Below are positions 53,401 through 64,000 of a stretch of DNA of 64,000 nt, in pieces; the first letter of the stretch is position 1, and each line of letters opens with the position of its first letter. Where the stretch lies: assembly GCF_009914755.1 (NCBI RefSeq), contig NC_060946.1. One strand, written 5' to 3'. The position numbers were made by a program, and so were the translations under genes. The notes under the pieces are model-generated. The model was not told the origin of the DNA. It did no database searches and worked only from the letters and a program-made list of their open reading frames with translations. The stretch is from the human T2T-CHM13v2.0 reference genome, Homo sapiens.

Positions 53401-54199
53401 ATGGAATGGAATGGAATGGAATGGAGTGGAGTCAAATGTATTGGAGTACACTGGAGTAGAGTTGAGTGGAATGGAATGGAATGGAATGGAATGGAATGGA
53501 AGGGAAGGGAATGCAATGGAATGAAATGGAATGGTATGGAATCAACCGGACTGGAATGGAATGGAATGGAATGGAATGGAATAGAATCAACTCGAGTGGA
53601 ATGGAAAAAATGGAATGGAATGGAATGGAATGGAAGGGAATGCAATGGAATGGAATGAAAAATATGGAATGGAATGGAATGGAATTGAATGGGAAGGGTT
53701 GGAGGAGAATTGAATGGAGTAACGTGGAATGGAATGGAATGGACTGGAGTGAAGTGGAATGGAATGGAACGGAATGGAATGGAGTGGAGTGGAATGGAAG
53801 GGAATGAAGTGGAATGGAATGAAGTGGAATGGAGAAGAGTAGGGTAGAAGGGAGTGGAAAGAAAGTGGAGTGGAATAGGATGGAATGAAACCGAATGGAG
53901 TGGAATGGAGTGGAGAGAAATGCAACGGAGTGGAGTGCAATGGAATGTTGTGGAATGGAATGGAATCTAATGTAAGGGAATGGAATGGAATAGACTGGAG
54001 TTTAATGGAGTGTAAAGTAAAGGAATGGAATGGAATGCAATAGAATGTAGTTGGGTGGAGTGGAGTGGAGTGGAAGAAATGGAGTGGAATGGAGTGGAAA
54101 AATGTGAAGCGGAACATAATGGAGTGGTGTGGAATAGAATGGAGTGGAAAGGAATGGACTGGAATTGAGTTGAGGAGAAGGGAATGGAGAGGAAAGGAA

Positions 54200-57100
54200 T
54201 GCAATGGAATGCAGTGGTGAGTAATAGAATGGAATTGAGTGGAGAGTAGTGGAATCGAATGAAGTGGAGTGGAGTGGAACATATTAAATGGAGTAGAAAG
54301 CAGTGGAACAGAGTGGAGTGGAATGGAATGGAGTGGAGTGGAATGGAGTGGAATGGAGTTGAGTGGAGTGGAATGGAATGGAATGCAGTGGTATGGAATG
54401 GATTGAAATGGAATGGAATCGAATTGAGTGGACTGCAGTGGTGTGGAGTGGAGTGGAATGGAGTGTAATTGAGTGGAGTGGAATGGAATGGAGTGTAACT
54501 GAGTGGAGTGGAATGTAATGGAGTGTAATGGAATGGACAGGAGTGGAATGGAAAGGAATGCTGTGGAGTTGAATGGAGTGGAGTGGAATGAAGTGGAATG
54601 GAGTGGATTGTAATGTAGTGGAATGGAGTGGAATGGAATGGAATGGCCTGGGATGGAATGGAATGGAGTGGAGTGCACTGGAATGGAATTGAGTGGAGTG
54701 CAGTGCAATGGAGAGGATTGGAGTGGTGTGGAATGAAGTGGATTGGAGTGGTGTGGAATGTGATTGGATGGAGTGCAATGGAATGGAGAGGAGTGGTGTG
54801 TAGTGTAGAGGAGTGGAACGGAGTGGAGGGGAGTGGAGTGGACTGCAGTGGAATGGAAAGGAGTGGAATGGATTGGAATGGAGTGGAATGGAACGGTTTG
54901 GAATGGAGTGGAGTGCAGTGGAGTGCAGTGGAATGGAGTGGAATGGAGTGGAATGGAGAGGAGTGGAGTGGAATGGAACGGATTGGAATGGAATGGAGTG
55001 CAGTGCAGTGGAAAGGAATGGAGTGGAATGGACAGGAGTGGAGTGGAATGGGCTGGAATGGAGTGGAATGGAGTGGAATGGAGAGGAATGGAGTGGAGTG
55101 GAATGGAATGCAGTGGAATGGAATGGAATGGAGTGACATGGAGTGGAATGGAGTGGAGTTGATTGGATAGGAATGCAATGTAATTGATTGGAGTAGAATG
55201 AAGTGGAATGGAGTGGAGTGGAGTGGAATTGAGTTGATTGGAATGGAATGGAGTGCAGTGAGACAAAACGGAATGTATTGGAATGGAATGGAGTGGAGTG
55301 ACATGGATTGGAATGGTGTGGAGTGGAATGGAGTGGAGTGGAGTGGGACAGAATGGATTGGAGTGGATTGGAATTGACTGGAATGGAGTGGAGCGGCGTG
55401 GAATGGATTGTATTGGAATGGAGTGGAGTGCAGAGGAATGGAGTGGAGTGGAATGGAATGGAGTGGAGTGGAGTTGAAAGTAGTAGAGTGAAGTGGAATG
55501 TAATGGAGTGGAGAGGAATGGAATAGATTGGAGTGGAATGGATTATACTACAGTGGAATGGAGTGGAGAGGAATGGAATGGAGTGGAGTGGAGTGGAGTG
55601 GAATGGAATGGAAAGGAGTGGAGTGGGGTTGAATGGAGTTTAGTTGAGTGAAATGGACTAGAGTGGAGTGGAATGGAGTGGATTGGAGTGGAATGGAGTG
55701 GAGTGGAATGGAGAGGAAAGGACTGGAATGGAGTGGAGTCTAGTGGAGTGGAGTGGAATGGAGTGGAGTGGAGTAGAATGGAATGGAGTGGAGTGGAGTG
55801 GACTGGAACGGAATGTAATGGAATGGTAGGGAATGGAATAGAGGGGAATGGAATGGAGTGGAGTGGAGATGTGTAGAGTGGAATGGAGTTCAGGGGAGAG
55901 GAATGGAGTGGAGTGGAGTCTAAGGGAGTTGAGTTGAATGGAATGGAGTGGAGTGGAATGGAATGGAGTGGAACAGAATGGAATATAATAGACTGGAGTG
56001 GAGTGAAAGGAATGGAGTTGAGTGGATTGGAATTGATTGGAGTGGAATGGAATGGAATGGATTGGAATGAGATGGAATGTAGTGGAATGGAATGGAATGG
56101 AATGGAATGGAATGGAATGGAATGGAATGGAATGGAATGTATTGGAATGCCATGGAATGGAATGGATTGGAATGCCATGGAATGGAATGGAATGGAATGG
56201 AATGGAATGGAGTTCAATGGACTGCAGTCAAGTGGAATGGAAAGAAGTAGCATGAAATGGAATGGAGTGGAGGGCAGTGGAGTGGATTGGAGTGAAGGGA
56301 AATGAAATGGAGTGGAAAGGAGTAGAAAGGAGAGGAGTGGAAAAGAATGTAGTGGATTGTAATAGAAAGCAGTGGAATGGAATGGAATGGAGTGAAGTGG
56401 AGTGGAGTGGAGTGGAGTGGAGAGTACAGGAGTGTAGTGTAGTATGGTTAAATAGAATGGAGTGGAATAGACTGGAATGGAGTGGAGGTGAATGGAATGG
56501 AGTGGGCTGGAATGGACTAGAAAGAAATGGAATGAAATGGAGTGGATTTGAATAGATTGGAATGGAATTGAATGGAATGGAATGAAATGGAATGGAGTAG
56601 AGTTGAATGGAGTGGAGTGTACTGGAGTTGAGTGGAGTGGAATGGAGTGGAGTGGAATGGGGTGGAGTGGACTGGAGTTGATCATAGTGGAGTGTAGTTT
56701 AATGGAATGGAGTAGAGTGGAATGGAGTGGAGAGGAGGGTTATGGAGTGGAGAGGAGTGGAGTTGAATGGAATGGAGTGGAATGGAGTGCCGTTGAGTGG
56801 AGTGGATTGGAGTGGATTGGAGTGCAGTGGAATGGAGTGGAGAGGAGTATAAAGGAGTGGAGTGGAGTGGAATAGAGTGGAAAGCAACGGAGTGGAATGG
56901 AATGGAAGGAGTGGAATCAAATGGAATGGAATGGAAGGGAATGGAATGGAATTTAGTGGAGTGTAGTGGAATGGAATGGAATTTAGTGGAGTGTAGTGGA
57001 ATGGAATGGAAAAGAGTGGAATGGAGTGGAGAGTAGTGGAATGGAATGGAATGGCATGGAATGGAATGGAATGGAATGCAGTGGTGTGTAACAGTGGAAT

Positions 57101-60100
57101 TGAGTGGAGAGTAGTGGAATGGAATGGAGTCGAGTGGAGTGGAGTGGAGTGGAATATAATATAATTGAGTAGAAAGGAATGGAATGGAGTAGAATGGATT
57201 GGAATGGAGTGGAATGGAATGGAATGGAGTGGAATGGAATGGAATGTAGTGCAATGGAGTGGAATGGAGTAGAGTGGAGTGGAATATAATATAATGTAGT
57301 GGAAAGGAGTGGAATGGAGTGGAGTGGAATGGAATGGAGTGGAATGGAATGGAACGGATTGGAATGGAGTGCAATGGAGTGGAATGGAGAGGAGTGAAGT
57401 GGAGTGGAATGGAATGGAAAGGAGTGGAATGGAATGGAATGGAGTGGACTGGAGAAGAGTGGAGTGGAGTGGAATGGAATGGGGTCGAATGGAGTGGAAC
57501 TGAGTGGAGTGGAATGGAATGGGGTAGAGGGAATGGAATGGACAGGAATGGAATGGAATGTTGTGGAGTTGATTGGAGTGGAATGGAGTGGAGTGTAATG
57601 ATACAGAGTGGAGTGGAATGCAATGGAATGTTATGGAGTGGAGTGGAATGGCATGGAAAGGAATGGTATGGAATGGAATGGAATGGAAAGGAATGGAATG
57701 GAGTGGAGTGGATTGGACTGGAGTGGAGTGGAACGGAACGCAATGCAGTGGAGTGGAGTGGATTGGAGTGACTTGGAGTGGAATGGAATGGAGTCGAGTG
57801 GAATGTGTTGGAATGGAATAGAGTGGAATGGAACGGAAAGGCCTGGGATGGAATGGAATGGAGTGGAGTGAAGTGGAGTGGAATGGAGTGGAATGGAGTG
57901 GAATAGAGTGGAGGGGAATGGAATGTATTGGAGTGGAGTGGAAAGGAGTGGAGTGGAGTGCTGTGGATTTGAGTTGAGTGGAGTGAAGTGGAATAGAATG
58001 GAGTGGAATGGAATGGAGTGGATTGGATTGGAATGGAATGGAATGGATTAGAATGGAATGGAATGGAGTGGTGTGTAGTGGAGTGGAGAGGAGTGGAATG
58101 GAGTGTAGTGGAGTGGACTGCAGTGGAATGGAATGGAGTGAAATGGATTGGAATGGAGTGGAATGGAATGGATTGGAAAGGAATGGAATGGAATGGAGTG
58201 CAATGGAGTGCAGTGGATTGGAGTGGACTGGAGTGTAGTGGAATGGAGTGGAGTGGCGAGGAATGGAGTGGAATGGAATGGAGTGCAGTGGAATGGAGTG
58301 GAATGGAATGCTGTGGAATGGAATTGAATGGAGTGGCATGGATTGGAATGGAGTGTAGTGGTGTGGAATGTAATAGATTGGATTGGAATGCAATGGAATT
58401 GACTGGAGTGGAATGGCGTGGAGTGGAGTGGAGTTGAGTGGATTGGAATGGAATGGAATGCAGTGGGATAGAATGGAATGGATGGCAATGGAATGGAGTG
58501 GAGTGGCATGGAGTAGAATGGTGTGTAGTGGAATAGAGTGGAGTGAAGTGGGACGGAACGGAATGTAGTGGATTGGAATTGACTGGAGTGCAGCGGAGCA
58601 GAGTGGAATGGAGTGGAGTGGAATGGGGTGGAGTGCAGTGGAATGGAGTGTAGTGGAATGGAAGGGAATTGAGTGGAGTGGAGTGGAATGGAATGTAATG
58701 GAGTGGAGTGGAATGGAGTGGATTGGAGTGGAAAGGATTTTAGGGGAGTGGAATGGAGTGGAGAGGAGTGGAATGGAGTGGAGTGGAGTGGAGTGCAGTA
58801 GAAAGAAGTGGAGTGGAATGGAGTGGAGAGGAGTGGAATGGAGTGGAGTGGAGTGCAGTAGAAAGAAGTGGAGTGGAATGGAGTGGAGTGGAGTGGAATG
58901 GAACATAGTAGAGTGGAGTCGAATGGAGTGGATTGGAGTGAAATGGAATGGAGTAGATTGGAGTAGAATGGAGTGGAGTGGGAGGAACAGAGTGGAGAAG
59001 AGTGGAATGGAGTGGAGTCGAGTGGAGTGGAGCGGAATGGAGTGGAGTGGTGTGGAGTGGAATGGATTGGATTGGAGTGGAATGGAATGGAATGGAGTGG
59101 ATTGGACTGGAATGAAATGGAATGGAATGGAAGGGAATGGAATAGAGTGGAATGGAATGGATTGAACTGGATTGGAGTGGAATTATGTGAAGAGGAATGG
59201 AGTGGAGAAGAGTGGAATGGAGTGAAGTGGAATCAAGTAGAGTGGGGTGGAATGCAGTGGAGTGGAATGGAATGGAGTGGAGTAGAATGCAATGGAGTGG
59301 AATAGAATTGAATGGAATAGACTGCAGTGGAGTGGAAGGAATGGAGTTGAGTGGAATGCAGTGGAGTGGAGTGGAATGGAATGGAATGGAATGGAATGGC
59401 ATGGAATGGAATGGAATGGGTTGGAGTGGAATGGAATGGAATGGAAAGGAATGCAATGGAATGGAATAGAATGGAATGTCATGGAATGGAATGGAATGGA
59501 GTTCAATGGACTGCAGTGGAATAGAATTGAAAGAAATGGCATGGAATGGAATGGAATGGAATGGAGTATTGGGCAGTGGAGTGGATTGGAACGTAGGGAA
59601 ATGAAATGGAGTGGAAAGGAGTGGAAAGTAGAGGAGTGGAATAGAATGTAGTGGCATGGAATAGAAAGTAGTGCAACGGAATAGAATGGAATGGAGTGGA
59701 GTGGAATGGATTGAAGTGGAATGGAGTAGAGTAGTGTGGAATGGAGTGGAGTGGAATGGATTGGAATGGAATAGAGTGTAATGAAATTGAGTTAAGTGGA
59801 ATGAGTGGAGTGGAGTGGAAAGGAATGAAGTGGAATGGAATGGAGTGGAGTGGAGTGGAATGGAGTGGAGTGGAGACGTGTGCAAATGAAAGGAGTGGAG
59901 TGGAGTGAAATGGAATTTAATGGAGTCGAATGGAATGGAGTGAAGTGGATTGGAATGGAGAGGAATGGAATGGATTGGAATGGAATGGAAGGGAGTGGAT
60001 TGCAGTGGAGTGGAGTTGAGTGGAATATGGTGGAGGGGAGCGGAGTGGAGTTTACTAGAATGAAATGGAATGGAGTGGAATGGAGTGGAGAGAAGTGGAG

Positions 60101-63100
60101 TGGAATGGAATGGAAAGGAGTGGAATGGAATGGAATGGAATGGAGTGGACTGGAGTGGAGTTGTCTGCAGTGGAGTGGAATGGAATGGAGTGAAATGGAG
60201 TGGAATTGAGTGTAGTGGAATGGAATGGGGTAGAGTGGAATGGAATGGACCGGAAAGGAATGGAATTTTGTGGAGTTGAATGGAGTGGAGTGGAATGGAG
60301 TGGAGTGTAATGGTACGGAATGAAGTGAAATGGAATGGAATGTTGTGGAGTGGAATGAAATGGAATGGAATGGAGTGGAGTGGATTGGAGTGGAGTGGAG
60401 TGGAATGGAATGCAATGGAGTGGAGTGGACTGGAGTGGCGTGGAGTGGAATGGAATGGAGTCGATTGGAATGGGATGGAATGGAATAGAGTGAAATGGAA
60501 TGGAAAGGCCTGGGATGGGATGGAATGGAATGGAGTGGAGTGAAGTGGAGTGGAATGGAGTGGAGTGGAGTGGAATGGAGTGGAATGGAGTGGAGGGGAA
60601 TGGAATGGAGTGGAGTGGAGTGGAAAGGAGTGGAGTGCAGTGGAGTGCTGTGGAATGGAAACAAGTGGAGTGAAATGGAATAGAATGGAGTGGAATGGAA
60701 TGGAGAGGAGTGGATTGGAATAGAGAGGAATTGAATGGATTGGAATGGAATGGAATGGAGGGGTGTGTAGTGGAGTGGAGAGGAGTGGAACGGAGTGGAG
60801 CGGAGTGGACTGTAGTGGATTGAAATGGAGTGGAATGGATTGGAATGGAGTGGAATGCAATGGATTGGAATGGAATGGAGTGGAGTGCAGTGGAGAGGAG
60901 TGGATTGGAGTGGAGTGGAGTGGAATGGAGTGGAGTGGAATGGAATGGAGTGGAATGGACTGGAATGGAGTGGAGTGGAAGGGAATGCAGTGGAATGGAA
61001 TGGAATGGAGTGGAATGGAGTGGAATGGAGTGTAGTGGTGTGGAATGTAATGGAGTGGATTGGAATGCAAGGGAATTGATTGGAGTGGAATGGAGTAGAA
61101 TGGGGTGGAGAGAAGTGGAGTTGAATGGATTGGAAAGGAATGGAATGCAGTGGGATGGAATGGAATGGATTGGAATGGAATGGAGTGGAGTGGCATGGAG
61201 TAGAATGGTGTGTAGTGGAATGGAGTGGAGTGGAGTGGGACGGAAAGGAATGGATTGGATTGGAATTGACTGGAGTGGAGTGGAGTGGAATGGAATTGAG
61301 TGGAGTGGAGTTGAAAGGAGTGGAGTGGAGTTGAATGTAATGGAGTGGAATGTAATGGAGTGGATTGGAGTGGATTGGATTTTAGTGGAGTGGAATGGAG
61401 TGGAGAGGAGTGGAATGGAGTGGAGTGGAGTGTAGTAGAAAGAAGTGGAGTGGAATGGAGTGAAGTGGAGTAGAATGGAAAGTAGTAGAGTGGAGTTGAA
61501 TGGAGTGGAGTGGAGTGAAATGGAATCTAGTGGAGTGGAATGGAGTAGATTGGAGTGGAATGGATTGGAGTGGGAGCAATGGAATGGAGAGGAGTGAAAT
61601 GGAGTGGGGTCGAGTGGAGTGGAACGGAATGTGGTGGAGTGGAGTGGAGCGGAATGGATTGGAGTGGAGTGGAATGGAATGGAGTGGAGTGGAGTGGAAT
61701 AGAATGGAATGGAAGTGAAAGGAATAGAAAGGAATGGAATGGAGTGAACTGGATTGGAAAGGAGTTGTGTGAAGCAGAATGGAGTGGAGAGGAGTGGAAT
61801 GGAATGGAAAGGAAAGCAGTGTAATGTAACGGAATGGAATAGAATAGAATTGAGTGGTGTAGAATGGAGAGGAACTGAATGGAGTGGAGTGGAATGGAAT
61901 GGAGTTTAATGGAGTGGAATGGAGTGGAGCGAAATGGAATGGAGGTGAGTGGAATGTAATGGGCTGGAGTGGAATGGAGTGGAGTTGAGTGGAGAGGAAT
62001 GGAATGAAATGGAGTTGAAAGGAATGGAATGGTGTGGAGTGGAGTGGATTGGAGAGTAGTGGAGTGTTGTGGAGATGGGTTAAATAGAATGGCGTGGAAT
62101 AGAGTGGAATAGAGCGGAGGGGAATGGAATGGAGTAGAGTGGACTGGAATGGACTAGAAAGGAATGGAATGGAATGGAGTGGATTTGAATGGATTGGAAT
62201 GGAATCGAATGGAATGGAGTAGAGTTGAATGGAATGGAGTGTAATGGAGTTGAGTGGAGTGGAATTGGGTGGAGTTGACTGGAGATGAATAGAGTGGAGT
62301 TAAGTGGAATGGAATGGAGTGGAGTGGAATGGAGTGGACTGGAGTGATTTGGAGTGGAGTGGAGTGGAATGGAGTGGAGAGGAGTGTAATGGAGTGGAGT
62401 GGAGTGGAGTGGAGTGGAAAGGATTTCCGCAGAATGGAGTGTAGTGTAGTGGTGTGGAGTTGAGTGGATTGGAGTGGAATGGAGTGTCGTGTATTGGAGT
62501 GGATTGGAATGCATTGGAGTGGAGTGGAATGGAGTGGAGAGGAGAGTAATGGAGAGGAGTGGAGCGTAATTGAGTGGAAAGGAATGGAGTGGAATGGAAT
62601 AGAATGGAGTGGAATCAAATGGACTGGAAGAGAATGGAGTGGAATGGAGTGGAGTGCAGTGGAATCGAATGGAATGGAGTGGAATGGAATGGAATGGAAT
62701 GGAGTGGAATGGAATGGAGTGGAATGGAATGGAGTGGAATGGAATGGAATTCAGTGTTGTGTAACAGTGTAATTGAGTGGAGAGTAGTGGAATGGAATGG
62801 AATGGAGTGGAGTGGAATATAATATAATTGACTAGAAAGGAATGGAATGGAGTTTAGTGGAGTGGAATGGAATTGAATGGAATGGAGTGCAATGGAGTGG
62901 AATGGATTGCAGTGGGGTGGAATATAATATAATGTAGTGGAAAGAAGTTGAATGGAGAGGAGGAAAATGGAATGAAGTGGAATGGAACGGAATGGAGTGG
63001 AATGGAGTGGAGTGAAGTGGACTTGTATGGAATGGGAAGGAGTGGAATGGAATGGAGTGGAATGGAGTGGACTGGAGTGGAGTCGAATGGAATGGGGTAG

Positions 63101-64000
63101 ACTGGAATGGAATGGAATGTTGTGGAGTTATATGGAGTAGAGTGGAATGGAGTGGAGTGTAATGGTACGGAATGGAGTGGAATGGAATGGAATGGAACGG
63201 AGTGGAGTGGAATGGAATGGAATGGAACGGAATGGAGTGGAGGGGATTGGAGTGGAGTGGAGTGGAAAACAATGCAATGGAGTGGAATTGATTGGAGTTG
63301 CGTGGAGTGGAATGGAATGGAGTCGAGTGGAATGGGGTGGAATGAAATAGAGTGGAATGGAATGGAATTGCCTGGAATGGAATGGAACAGAGTGGAGTGA
63401 AGTGGAGTGAAATGGGGTGGAATGGAGTGGAAGAGAGTGGAGGGGAATGGAATGGAGTGGAATGGAGTGGAATGGAGTGGAGTGCTGTGGAATGGAGTGG
63501 AGTGGAGAGCAATGGAATAGAATGGAGTGGAATGGAATGGAGAGGACTGGATTGGGATAGAGTGGAATGGAATGGATTGGAATGGAATGGAATGGAGTGG
63601 TGTGTATTGGAGTGGAAAGGAGTGGAATGGATTGGAATGGAGTGGAGTGGAATGGATTGGAATGGAGTGGAGTGGAATGGAATGTAGTGGAGTGCAGTGG
63701 AGTGGACTGGATTGGATTGCAGTGGAGTGGAGTGGAGTGGAATGGAGTGGAGTGGAGTGGAATCGAGTGGAATGGAATGAAATGGAGTGGAATGGATTGG
63801 AATGGAGTGGAGTGGAATGGAATGCTGTGGAATGGAATTGAATGGACTGACATGGAGTGGAATGGTGTGTAGTGGTGTGGAATGCAATGGAGTGTATTGG
63901 AATGCAATGGAATCGATTGGAGTGGAATGTTGTGGAATGGCGTGGTGTGGAGTGGAGTTGAGTGGATTGGAATGGAATGGAATGCAGTGGGAATGGAATG
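54200..64000 (+). repeat. Degenerate ~2.7-3.3-kb higher-order repeat, ~3.5 copies
   Basis: GCCTGG at 54646, 57841, 60508 and 63370; GTGTAATG(A/G)TAC at 57593, 60305 and 63157; GGGAC..GGATTGGAATTGACTGG at ~55345, ~58550 and ~61237; GGAGTTCAATGGACTGCAGT at 56209 and 59498; GGAATATAATATAATTGA at 57151 and 62814. Confidence 0.8.

Larger units (their letters stand above)
39511..64000 (+). repeat. GGAGT-rich HSat3-related satellite, mixed (GGAAT/GGAGT)n, truncated by the window end
   Basis: After ~39.5 kb, GGAGT pentamers become co-dominant and GGAGA, GCAGT, GAAGT and TGAGT variants are common. The last GGACTCGA I see is at ~39480. The ORF track switches from MEWNG/MDSNG to VEWSG-rich peptides. 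Confidence 0.92.

Noticed and set aside
4033-63907. Hundreds of ORFs encoding MEWNG/VEWSG (+) or IPFHS/TPLHS (-) repeats, up to 818 aa (58740-61196)
   Set aside because: A 5-bp repeat without stop codons gives the same pentapeptide in every frame. The ORFs overlap in all frames, end at random point mutations and have no domain or gene structure. Poly-WNGME resembles the SCA31 (UGGAA)n translation product, but nothing here shows transcription or translation.
1-64000. Assignment to a specific chromosome, species or HSat3 subfamily (e.g. Y DYZ17/DYZ18, chr9, chr20, acrocentrics)
   Set aside because: This cannot be supported without alignment to T2T assemblies or subfamily-specific k-mers.

Overview
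This window is entirely primate (human or great-ape type) pericentromeric satellite DNA. I found no credible protein-coding gene, RNA gene, CRISPR array or transposon. There are three domains, all in one orientation. (1) 1-~3967: about 23 diverged ~171-bp alpha-satellite monomers with A-type (pJalpha) boxes and no CENP-B box. (2) ~3968-~39510: Human Satellite 3 (GGAAT)n with frequent GGACTCGAAT decamers, a 7 x 26-bp HSat2-like island at 4739-4920, and many diverged internal duplications. (3) ~39511-64000: a compositionally distinct GGAAT/GGAGT satellite that nearly lacks GGACTCGAAT and has 1.6-kb, ~6-kb and ~2.7-3.3-kb duplication structure. All supplied ORFs are artefacts of translating the repeats (MEWNG / IPFHS / VEWSG / TPLHS, or alpha satellite). 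The points of interest are structural and evolutionary: two sharp junctions, relic higher-order periodicities and embedded islands of other satellite types. Alignments were done by eye using landmark k-mers, so boundaries are approximate and I could not assign chromosome, species or subfamily.
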